The position numbers and the translations under genes are program-made. The notes beneath the pieces were generated by a model that saw only the letters and a program-made list of their open reading frames with translations, did no database searches and was not told where the DNA came from. From the NCBI GenBank assembly GCA_043228905.1, contig JBHGNT010000025.1:1-64000 (forward strand): a stretch of DNA of 64,000 nt, given 5' to 3'. The DNA is from Azolla caroliniana (lineage: Eukaryota > Plantae > Polypodiophyta). Shown here one piece after another: positions 52,601-64,000 of this stretch; positions within the stretch are counted from its first letter, which is position 1, and the number at the start of each line of letters is the position of its first letter.

Positions 52601-55600
52601 ACATTAAAATGTTCATACCTGGCGCGTGTGATATCGGATTTTTGTGTTCAAACATGCGAATCGAAGCTAACAATGCTAGCTATTATATGGAACTAAAAAA
52701 TCAAGATTTTGAAACTCAGGTCGAGAAATATGAAGAAATTAGCAATCTTGAGGAGGGAGTTGAGAGGAGCCCTTGAGTACATTAAAATGTTCATACCTGG
52801 CGCGTGTGATATCGGATTTTTGTGTTCAAACATGCGAATCGAAGCTAACAATGCTAGCTATTATATGGAACTAAAAAATCAAGATTTTGAAACTCAGGTC
52901 GAGAGATATGAAGAAATTAGCAATCTTGAGGAGGGAGTTGAGAGGAGCCCTTGAGTACATTAAAATGTTCATACCTGGCGCGTGTGATATCGGATTTTTG
53001 TGTTCAAACATGCGAATCGAAGCTATCAACACTAGCTATTCTATGGAACTAAAAAATCAAGATTTTGAAACTCAGGTCGAGAGATATGAAGAAATTAGCA
53101 ATCTTGAAGAGGGAGTTGAGAGGAGCCCTTGAGTAAATTAAAATGTTCATACCTGGCTCGTGTGATATCGGATTTTTGTGTTCAAACATGCGAATCGAAG
53201 CTCACAACGCTAGCTATGATATGGTATTAAAAAATCATGATTTTGAAATTGAGGTCGAGAGACATGAAGAAATTAGCAATCTTGAGGAGGGAGTTGAGAG
53301 GAGCCCTTGAGTACATTAAAATGTTCATACCTGGCGCGTGTGATATCGGATTTTTGTGTTCAAACATGCGAATCGAAGCTAACAACGCTAGCTATGACAT
53401 GGTTTTAAAAAATCAAGATTTCGAAACTCAGGTCGAGAGATATGAAGAAATTAGCAATCTTGAGGAGGGAGTTGAGAGGAGCCCTTGAGTACATTAAAAT
53501 GTTCATACCTGGCGCGTGTGATATCGGATTTTTCTGTTCAAACATGCGAATCGAACCTAACAACGCTAGCTATTATATGGAACTAAAAAATCAAGATTTT
53601 GAAACTCAGGTCGAGAGATATGAAGAAATTAGCAATCTTGAGGAGGGAGTTGAGAGGAGCCCTTGAGTACATTAAAATGTTCATACCTGGCGCGTGTGAT
53701 ATCGGATTTTTCTGTTCAAACATGCGAATCGAACCTAACAACGCTACCTATGATATGGAACTAAAAAATCAAGATTTTGAAACTCAGGTCGAGAGATATG
53801 AAGAAATTAGCAATCTTGAGGAGGGAGTTGAGAGGAGCCCTTGAGTACATTAAAATGTTCATACCTGGCGCGTGTGATATCGGATTTTTGTGTTCAAACA
53901 TGCGAATCGAAGCTAACAATGCTAGCTATTATATGGAACTAAAAAATCAAGATTTTGAAACTCAGGTCGAGAAATATGAAGAAATTAGCAATCTTGAGGA
54001 GGGAGTTGAGAGGAGCCCTTGAGTACATTAAAATGTTCATACCTGGCGCGTGTGATATCGGATTTTTGTGTTCAAACATGCGAATCAAGCTAACAACGCT
54101 AGCTATTATATGGAACTAAAAAATCAAGATTTTGAAACTCAGGTCGAGAGATATGAAGAAATTAGCAATCTTGAGGAGGGAGTTGAGAGGAGCCCTTGAG
54201 TACATTAAAATGTTCATACCTGGCGCGTGTGATATCGGATTTTTGTGTTCAAACATGCGAATCGAAGCTAACAATGCTAGCTATTATATGGAACTAAAAA
54301 ATCAAGATTTTGAAACTCAGGTCGAGAAATATGAAGAAATTAGCAATCTTGAGGAGGGAGTTGAGAGGAGCCCTTGAGTACATTAAAATGTTCATACCTG
54401 GCGCGTGTGATATCGGATTTTTGTGTTCAAACATGCGAATCGAAGCTAACAATGCTAGCTATTATATGGAACTAAAAAATCAAGATTTTGAAACTCAGGT
54501 CGAGAAATATGAAGAAATTAGCAATCTTGAGGAGGGAGTTGAGAGGAGCCCTTGAGTACATTAAAATGTTCATACCTGGCGCGTGTGATATCGGATTTTT
54601 GTGTTCAAACATGCGAATCGAAGCTAACAATGCTAGCTATTATATGGAACTAAAAAATCAAGATTTTGAAACTCAGGTCGAGAGATATGAAGAAATTAGC
54701 AATCTTGAGGAGGGAGTTGAGAGGAGCCCTTGAGTACATTAAAATGTTCATACCTGGCGCGTGTGATATCGGATTTTTGTGTTCAAACATGCGAATCGAA
54801 GCTATCAACACTAGCTATTCTATGGAACTAAAAAATCAAGATTTTGAAACTCAGGTCGAGAGATATGAAGAAATTAGCAATCTTGAAGAGGGAGTTGAGA
54901 GGAGCCCTTGAGTAAATTAAAATGTTCATACCTGGCTCGTGTGATATCGGATTTTTGTGTTCAAACATGCGAATCGAAGCTCACAACGCTAGCTATGATA
55001 TGGTATTAAAAAATCATGATTTTGAAATTGAGGTCGAGAGACATGAAGAAATTAGCAATCTTGAGGAGGGAGTTGAGAGGAGCCCTTGAGTACATTAAAA
55101 TGTTCATACCTGGCGCGTGTGATATCGGATTTTTCTGTTCAAACATGCGAATCGAACCTAACAACGCTAGCTATGATATGGAACTAAAAAATCAAGATTT
55201 TGAAACTCAGGTCGAGAGATATGAAGAAATTAGCAATCTTGACGAGGGAGTTGAGAGGAGCCCTTGAGTACATTAAAATGTTCATACCTGGCGCGTGTGA
55301 TATCGGATTTTTCTGTTCAAACATGCGAATCGAAGCTAACAACGCTAGCTATTATATGGAACTAAAAAATCAAGATTTTGAAACTCAGGTCGAGAAATAT
55401 GAAGAAATTAGCAATCTTGAGGAGGGAGTTGAGAGGAGCCCTTGAGTACATTAAAATGTTCATACCTGGCGCGTGTGATATCGGATTTTTGTGTTCAAAC
55501 ATGCGAATCGAAGCTAACAACGCTACCTATGATATGGAACTAAAAAATCAAGATTTTGAAACTCAGGTCGAGAGATATGAAGAAATTAGCAATCTTGAGG

Positions 55601-58600
55601 AGGGAGTTGAGAGGAGCCCTTGAGTACATTAAAATGTTCATACCTGGCGCGTGTGATATCGGATTTTTGTGTTCAAACATGCGAATCGAAGCTAACAATG
55701 CTAGCTATTATATGGAACTAAAAAATCAAGATTTTGAAACTCAGGTCGAGAAATATGAAGAAATTAGCAATCTTGAGGAGGGAGTTGAGAGGAGCCCTTG
55801 AGTACATTAAAATGTTCATACCTGGCGCGTGTGATATCGGATTTTTGTGTTCAAACATGCGAATCGAAGCTAACAATGCTAGCTATTATATGGAACTAAA
55901 AAATCAAGATTTTGAAACTCAGGTCGAGAGATATGAAGAAATTAGCAATCTTGAGGAGGGAGTTGAGAGGAGCCCTTGAGTACATTAAAATGTTCATACC
56001 TGGCGCGTGTGATATCGGATTTTTCTGTTCAAACATGCGAATCGAACCTAACAACGCTAGCTATGATATGGAACTAAAAAATCAAGATTTTGAAACTCAG
56101 GTCGAGAGATATGAAGAAATTAGCAATCTTGAGGAGGGAGTTGAGAGGAGCCCTTGAGTACATTAAAATGTTCATACCTGGCGCGTGTGATATCGGATTT
56201 TTCTGTTCAAACATGCGAATCGAAGCTAACAACGCTAGCTATTATATGGAACTAAAAAATCAAGATTTTGAAACTCAGGTCGAGAAATATGAAGAAATTA
56301 GCAATCTTGAGGAGGGAGTTGAGAGGAGCCCTTGAGTACATTAAAATGTTCATACCTGGCGCGTGTGATATCGGATTTTTGTGTTCAAACATGCGAATCG
56401 AAGCTAACAATGCTAGCTATTATATGGAACTAGAAAATCAAGATTTTGAAACTCAGGTCGAGAGATATGAAGAAATTAGCAATCTTGAGGAGGGAGTTGA
56501 GAGGAGCCCTTGAGTACATTAAAATGTTCATACCTGGCGCGTGTGATATCGGATTTTTGTGTTCAAACATGCGAATCGAAGCTATCAACACTAGCTATTC
56601 TATGGAACTAAAAAATCAAGATTTTGAAACTCAGGTCGAGAGATATGAAGAAATTAGCAATCTTGAGGAGGGAGTTGAGAGGAGCCCTTGAGTAAATTAA
56701 AATGTTCATACCTGGCTCGTGTGATATCGGATTTTTGTGTTCAAACATGTGAATCGAAGCTCACAACGCTAGCTATGATATGGTATTAAAAAATCATGAT
56801 TTTGAAATTGAGGTCGAGAGACATGAAGAAATAAGCAATCTTGAGGAGGGAGTTGAGAGGAGCCCTTGAGTACATTAAAATGTTCATACCTGGCGCGTGT
56901 GATATCGGATTTTTGTGTTCAAACATGCGAATCGAAGCTAACAACGCTAGCTATGACATGGTATTAAAAAATCAAGATTTTGAAACTCAGGTCGAGAGAT
57001 ATGAAGAAATTAGCAATCTTGAGGAGGGAGTTGAGAGGAGCCCTTGAGTACATTAAAATGTTCATACCTGGCGCGTGTGATATCGGATTTTTCTGTTCAA
57101 ACATGCGAATCGAAGCTAACAACGCTAGCTATTATATGGAACTAAAAAATCAAGATTTTGAAACTCAGGTCGACAGATATGAAGAAATTAGCAATCTTGA
57201 CGAGGGAGTTGAGAGGAGCCCTTGAGTACATTAAAATGTTCATACCTGGCGCGTGTGATATCGGATTTTTCTATTCAAACATGCGAATCGAAGCTAACAA
57301 CGCTAGCTATTATATGGAACTAAAAAATCAAGATTTTGAAACTCAGGTCGAGAAATATGAAGAAATTACCTAATTTGACGACTGAGTTGAGACGACCTAG
57401 TAGGTAAATTAAAATGTTCATGCCTGGCTCGTGTGATATCGGATTTTTGTGTTCAAACATGCGAATCAAGCTAACAACGCTAGCTATTATATGGAACTAA
57501 AAAATCAAGATTTTGAAACTCAGGTCGAGAGATATGAAGAAATTAGCAATCTTGAGGAGGGAGTTGAGAGGAGCCCTTGAGTACATTAAAATGTTCATAC
57601 CTGGCGCGTGTGATATCGGATTTTTGTGTTCAAACATGCGAATCGAAGCTAACAATGCTAGCTATTATATGGAACTAAAAAATCAAGATTTTGAAACTCA
57701 GGTCGAGAAATATGAAGAAATTAGCAATCTTGAGGAGGGAGTTGAGAGGAGCCCTTGAGTACATTAAAATGTTCATACCTGGCGCGTGTGATATCGGATT
57801 TTTGTGTTCAAACATGCGAATCGAAGCTAACAATGCTAGCTATTATATGGAACTAAAAAATCAAGATTTTGAAACTCAGGTCGAGAGATATGAAGAAATT
57901 AGCAATCTTGAGGAGGGAGTTGAGAGGAGCCCTTGAGTACATTAAAATGTTCATACCTGGCGCGTGTGATATCGGATTTTTGTGTTCAAACATGCGAATC
58001 GAAGCTATCAACACTAGCTATTCTATGGAACTAAAAAATCAAGATTTTGAAACTCAGGTCGAGAGATATGAAGAAATTAGCAATCTTGAAGAGGGAGTTG
58101 AGAGGAGCCCTTGAGTAAATTAAAATGTTCATACCTGGCTCGTGTGATATCGGATTTTTGTGTTCAAACATGCGAATCGAAGCTCACAACGCTAGCTATG
58201 ATATGGTATTAAAAAATCATGATTTTGAAATTGAGGTCGAGAGACATGAAGAAATTAGCAATCTTGAGGAGGGAGTTGAGAGGAGCCCTTGAGTACATTA
58301 AAATGTTCATACCTGGCGCGTGTGATATCGGATTTTTGTGTTCAAACATGCGAATCGAAGCTAACAACGCTAGCTATGACATGGTTTTAAAAAATCAAGA
58401 TTTCGAAACTCAGGTCGAGAGATATGAAGAAATTAGCAATCTTGAGGAGGGAGTTGAGAGGAGCCCTTGAGTACATTAAAATGTTCATACCTGGCGCGTG
58501 TGATATCGGATTTTTCTGTTCAAACATGCGAATCGAACCTAACAACGCTAGCTATTATATGGAACTAAAAAATCAAGATTTTGAAACTCAGGTCGAGAGA

Positions 58601-58700
58601 TATGAAGAAATTAGCAATCTTGAGGAGGGAGTTGAGAGGAGCCCTTGAGTACATTAAAATGTTCATACCTGGCGCGTGTGATATCGGATTTTTCTGTTCA
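49200..58700. repeat. 9-mer (1602 bp) tandem duplication and 28-mer-offset (4982 bp) duplicated block
   Basis: 1602 bp: 49322/50924, 50212/51814, 50574/52176. 4982 bp: 52176/57158, 52531/57513, 53442/58424 (private 'ggttttaaaa...gatttcgaa'). Confidence 0.83.
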
Positions 58701-60599
58701 AACATGCGAATCGAACCTAACAACGCTAGCTATGATATGGAACTAAAAAATCAAGATTTTGAAACTCAGGTCGAGAGATATGAAGAAATTAGCAATCTTG
58801 ACGAGGGAGTTGAGAGGAGCCCTTGAGTACATTAAAATGTTCATACCTGGCGCGTGTGATATCGGATTTTTCTGTTCAAACATGCGAATCGAAGCTAACA
58901 ACGCTAGCTATTATATGGAACTAAAAAATCAAGATTTTGAAACTCAGGTCGAGAAATATGAAGAAATTAGCAATCTTGAGGAGGGAGTTGAGAGGAGCCC
59001 TTGAGTACATTAAAATGTTCATACCTGGCGCGTGTGATATCGGATTTTTGTGTTCAAACATGCGAATCGAAGCTAACAATGCTAGCTATTATATGGAACT
59101 AAAAAATCAAGATTTTGAAACTCAGGTCGAGAAATATGAAGAAATTAGCAATCTTGAGGAGGGAGTTGAGAGGAGCCCTTGAGTACATTAAAATGTTCAT
59201 ACCTGGCGCGTGTGATATCGGATTTTTGTGTTCAAACATGCGAATCGAAGCTATCAACACTAGCTATTCTATGGAACTAAAAAATCAAGATTTTGAAACT
59301 CAGGTCGAGAGATATGAAGAAATTAGCAATCTTGAGGAGGGAGTTGAGAGGAGCCCTTGAGTAAATTAAAATGTTCATACCTGGCTCGTGTGATATCGGA
59401 TTTTTGTGTTCAAACATGCGAATCGAAGCTCACAACGCTAGCTATGATATGGTATTAAAAAATCATGATTTTGAAATTGAGGTCGAGAGACATGAAGAAA
59501 TTAGCAATCTTGAGGAGGGAGTTGAGAGGAGCCCTTGAGTACATTAAAATGTTCATACCTGGCGCGTGTGATATCGGATTTTTGTGTTCAAACATGCGAA
59601 TCGAAGCTAACAACGCTAGCTATGACATGGTATTAAAAAATCAAGATTTTGAAACTCAGGTCGAGAGATATGAAGAAATTAGCAATCTTGAGGAGGGAGT
59701 TGAGAGGAGCCCTTGAGTACATTAAAATGTTCATACCTGGCGCGTGTGATATCGGATTTTTGTGTTCAAACATGCGAATCGAAGCTATCAACACTAGCTA
59801 TTCTATGGAACTAAAAAATCAAGATTTTGAAACTCAGGTCGAGAGATATGAAGAAATTAGCAATCTTGAAGAGGGAGTTGAGAGGAGCCCTTGAGTAAAT
59901 TAAAATGTTCATACCTGGCTCGTGTGATATCGGATTTTTGTGTTCAAACATGCGAATCGAAGCTATCAACACTAGCTATTCTATGGAACTAAAAAATCAA
60001 GATTTTGAAACTCAGGTCGAGAGATATGAAGAAATTAGCAATCTTGAGGAGGGAGTTGAGAGGAGCCCTTGAGTAAATTAAAATGTTCATACCTGGCTCG
60101 TGTGATATCGGATTTTTGTGTTCAAACATGCGAATCGAAGCTCACAACGCTAGCTATGATATGGTATTAAAAAATCATGATTTTGAAATTGAGGTCGAGA
60201 GACATGAAGAAATTAGCAATCTTGAGGAGGGAGTTGAGAGGAGCCCTTGAGTACATTAAAATGTTCATACCTGGCGCGTGTGATATCGGATTTTTGTGTT
60301 CAAACATGCGAATCGAAGCTAACAACGCTAGCTATGACATGGAACTAAAAAATCAAAATTTTGAAACTCAGGTCGAGAGATATGAAGAAATTAGCAATCT
60401 TGAGGAGGGAGTTGAGAGGAGCCCTTGAGTAAATTAAAATGTTCATACCTGGCTCGTGTGATATCGGATTTTTGTGTTCAAACATGCGAATCGAAGCTCA
60501 CAACGCTAGCTATGATATGGTATTAAAAAATCATGATTTTGAAATTGAGGTCGAGAGACATGAAGAAATTAGCAATCTTGAGGAGGGAGTTGAGAGGAG

Positions 60600-62600
60600 C
60601 CCTTGAGTACATTAAAATGTTCATACCTGGCGCGTGTGATATCGGATTTTTGTGTTCAAACATGCGAATCGAAGCTAACAACGCTAGCTATGACATGGTA
60701 TTAAAAAATCAAGATTTTGAAACTCAGGTCGAGAGATATGAAGAAATTAGCAATCTTGAGGAGGGAGTTGAGAGGAGCCCTTGAGTACATTAAAATGTTC
60801 ATACCTGGCGCGTGTGATATCGGATTTTTGTGTTCAAACATGCGAATCGAAGCTAACAACGCTAGCTATTATATGGAACTAAAAAATCAAGATTTTGAAA
60901 CTCAGGTCGAGAAATATGAAGAAATTAGCAATCTTGAGGAGGGAGTTGAGAGGAGCCCTTGAGTACATTAAAATGTTCATACCTGGCGCGTGTGATATCG
61001 GATTTTTGTGTTCAAACATGCGAATCGAAGCTAACAATGCTAGCTATTATATGGAACTAAAAAATCAAGATTTTGAAACTCAGGTCGAGAGATATGAAGA
61101 AATTAGCAATCTTGAGGAGGGAGTTGAGAGGAGCCCTTGAGTACATTAACATGTTCATACCTGGCGCGTGTGATATCGGATTTTTGTGTTCAAACATGCG
61201 AATCGAAGCTAACAACGCTAGCTATTATATGGAACTAAAAAATCAAGATTTTGAAACTCAGGTCGAGAGATATGAAGAAATTAGCAATCTTGACGAGGGA
61301 GTTGAGAGGAGCCCTTGAGTACATTAAAATGTTCATACCTGGCGCGTGTGATATCGGATTTTTCTGTTCAAACATGCGAATCGAAGCTAACAACGCTAGC
61401 TATAATATGGAACTAAAAAATCAAGATTTTGAAACTCAGGTCGAGAAATATGAAGAAATTAGCAATCTTGAGGAGGGAGTTGAGAGGAGCCCTTGAGTAC
61501 ATTAAAATGTTCATACCTGGCGCGTGTGATATCGGATTTTTGTGTTCAAACATGCGAATCGAAGCTAACAACGCTAGCTATGACATGGTATTAAAAAATC
61601 AAGATTTTGAAACTCAGGTCGAGAGATATGAAGAAATTAGCAATCTTGAGGAGGGAGTTGAGAGGAGCCCTTGAGTACATTAAAATGTTCATACCTGGCG
61701 CGTGTGATATCGGATTTTTGTGTTCAAACATGCGAATCGAAGCTAACAACGCTAGCTATTATATGGAACTAAAAAATCAAGATTTTGAAACTCAGGTCGA
61801 GAAATATGAAGAAATTAGCAATCTTGAGGAGGGAGTTGAGAGGAGCCCTTGAGTACATTAAAATGTTCATACCTGGCGCGTGTGATATCGGATTTTTGTG
61901 TTCAAACATGCGAATCGAAGCTAACAATGCTAGCTATTATATGGAACTAAAAAATCAAGATTTTGAAACTCAGGTCGAGAGATATGAAGAAATTAGCAAT
62001 CTTGAGGAGGGAGTTGAGAGGAGCCCTTGAGTACATTAACATGTTCATACCTGGCGCGTGTGATATCGGATTTTTGTGTTCAAACATGCGAATCGAAGCT
62101 AACAACGCTAGCTATTATATGGAACTAAAAAATCAAGATTTTGAAACTCAGGTCGAGAGATATGAAGAAATTAGCAATCTTGACGAGGGAGTTGAGAGGA
62201 GCCCTTGAGTACATTAAAATGTTCATACCTGGCGCGTGTGATATCGGATTTTTCTGTTCAAACATGCGAATCGAAGCTAACAACGCTAGCTATAATATGG
62301 AACTAAGAAATCAAGATTTTGAAACTCAGGTCGAGAAATATGAAGAAATTAGCAATCTTGAGGAGGGAGTTGAGAGGAGCCCTTGAGTACATTAAAATGT
62401 TCATACCTGGCGCGTGTGATATCGGATTTTTGTGTTCAAACATGCGAATCGAAGCTAACAATGCTAGCTATTATATGGAACTAAAAAATCAAGATTTTGA
62501 AACTCAGGTCGAGAGATATGAAGAAATTAGCAATCTTGAGGAGGGAGTTGAGAGGAGCCCTTGAGTACATTAACATGTTCATACCTGGCGCGTGTGATAT
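60600..62600. repeat. Pentamer (890-bp) tandem duplication
   Basis: Pairs 60717/61607, 61073/61963, 61251/62141. Private SNPs 'cattaacatg' and 'ctataatatg' are shared. Confidence 0.85.
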
Positions 62601-64000
62601 CGGATTTTTGTGTTCAAACATGCGAATCGAAGCTATCAACACTAGCTATTCTATGGAACTAAAAAATCAAGATTTTGAAACTCAGGTCGAGAGATATGAA
62701 GAAATTAGCAATCTTGAGGAGGGAGTTGAGAGGAGCCCTTGAGTAAATTAAAATGTTCATACCTGGCGCGTGTGATATCGGATTTTTCTGTTCAAACATG
62801 CGAATCGAAGCTAACAACGCTAGCTATTATATGGAACTAAAAAATCAAGATTTTGAAACTCAGGTCGAGAGATATGAAGAAATTAGCAATCTTGACGAGG
62901 GAGTTGAGAGGAGCCCTTGATTACATTAAAATGTTCATACCTGGCGCGTGTGATATCGGATTTTTGTGTTCAAACATGCGAATCGAAGCTAACAACGCTA
63001 GCTATTCTATGGAACTAAAAAATCAAAATTTTGAAACTCAGGTCGAGAAATATGAAGAAATTAGCAATCTTGAGGAGGGAGTTGAGAGGAGCCCTTGAGT
63101 ACATTAAAATGTTCATACCTGGCGCGTGTGATATCGGATTTTTGTGTTCAAACATGCGAATCGAAGCTATCAACACTAGCTATTCTATGGATCTAAAAAA
63201 TCAAGATTTTGAAACTCAGGTCGAGAGATATGAAGAAATTAGCAATCTTGACGAGGGAGTTGAGAGGAGCCCTTGAGTACATTAAAATGTTCATACCTGG
63301 CGCGTGTGATATCGGATTTTTCTGTTCAAACATGCGAATCGAAGCTAACAACGCTAGCTATTGTATGGAACTAAAAAATCAAGATTTTGAAACTCAGGTC
63401 GAGAAATATGAAGAAATTAGCAATCTTGAGGAGGAAGTTGAGAGGAGCCTTTGAGTACATTAAAATGTTCATACCTGGCGCGTGTGATATCGGATTTTTG
63501 TGTTCAAACATGCGAATCGAAGCTAACAATGCTAGCTATTATATGGAACTAAAAAATCAAGATTTTGAAACTCAGGTCGAGAGATATGAAGAAATTAGCA
63601 ATCTTGAGGAGGGAGTTGAGAGGAGCCCTTGAGTACATTAAAATGTTCATACCTGGCGCGTGTGATATCGGATTTTTGTGTTCAAACATGCGAATCGAAG
63701 CTATCAACACTAGCTATTCTATGGAACTAAAAAATCAAGATTTTGAAACTCAGGTCGAGAGATATGAAGAAATTAGCAATCTTGAAGAGGGAGTTGAGAG
63801 GAGCCCTTGAGTAAATTAAAATGTTCATACCTGGCTCGTGTGATATCGGATTTTTGTGTTCAAACATGCGAATCGAAGCTCACAACGCTAGCTATGATAT
63901 GGTATTAAAAAATCATGATTTTGAAATTGAGGTCGAGAGACATGAAGAAATTAGCAATCTTGAGGAGGGAGTTGAGAGGAGCCCTTGAGTACATTAAAAT

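Larger units (their letters stand above)
1..64000. repeat. Tandem satellite DNA array, 178-bp monomer, ~360 copies, single orientation (centromeric/pericentromeric-type satellite; family not recognised)
   Basis: 'aggagccctt' recurs at 1, 179, ... 2671 (=1+15x178). ORF-track starts step by 178 (5586, 5764, 5942, 6120; 60717, 60895, 61073). No non-repeat sequence seen. The centromeric label is inference from monomer size and higher-order organisation only. Confidence 0.99.
5601..64000. repeat. Satellite subfamily B (homogeneous, higher-order-structured domain)
   Basis: 'gagtacatt' first appears at ~5653 and then dominates. 'ggcgcgtg' is common and 'aacatgcgaatc' nearly fixed. Subfamily-A diagnostic variants such as 'cattcgtatcg' and 'accaaattt' are not seen. 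Confidence 0.92.

Noticed and set aside
5586-63810. Hundreds of overlapping 61-83 aa ORFs (MKLRSRDMKK...) as a tandem gene family
   Set aside because: The 178-bp period is not a multiple of 3, so each ORF overlaps the next in another frame. Most start at TTG. They exist only where one SNP turns TAA into TAC, variants disrupt them freely, and I recognise no domain.
1-64000. CRISPR array or variable-cassette (diversity-generating) system
   Set aside because: There are no unique spacers and no cas, recombinase or reverse transcriptase genes. The whole unit is repeated, and variation is SNP-level and explained by duplication and conversion.
1-64000. Identification as Arabidopsis CEN180/CEN178, alpha satellite, or a 5S rDNA/tRNA/snRNA tandem array
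   Set aside because: Only the monomer length is similar. I recognise no sequence motifs of those families (no CENP-B box, no 5S or tRNA structure). A database search is needed for a definitive answer.
1-64000. Embedded transposon, inversion or telomeric repeat
   Set aside because: Monomer phase and orientation are maintained throughout. All length deviations are accounted for by the -1, -12, -22, -26 and +62 bp events.

Overview
The whole 64-kb window is one uninterrupted, head-to-tail satellite DNA array of about 360 copies of a 178-bp monomer. Consensus of the main domain: aggagcccttgagtacattaaaatgttcatacctggcgcgtgtgatatcggatttttgtgttcaaacatgcgaatcgaagctaacaacgctagctattatatggaactaaaaaatcaagattttgaaactcaggtcgagagatatgaagaaattagcaatcttgaggagggagttgag (about 39% GC by hand count). 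I see no genes, RNA genes, transposons, CRISPR spacers, inversions or unique sequence. The ORF track is a by-product of the repeat. Monomer length and organisation resemble eukaryotic centromeric or pericentromeric satellite, but I do not recognise the family or organism, and centromere function is not shown by the sequence. The information lies in the variants. There is a sharp subfamily boundary near 5.6 kb and nested higher-order repeats (2-, 3-, 4-, 5-, 6-, 9-, 11-, 14-, 15-, 17-, 20-, 28- and 32-monomer periods). Four structural junctions all carry microhomology, two of them with templated filler. There is also an apparent gene-conversion tract and a divergent minor monomer rich in inverted repeats. 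I found no new gene system. The most notable signal is a readable record of how the array expands and repairs itself.
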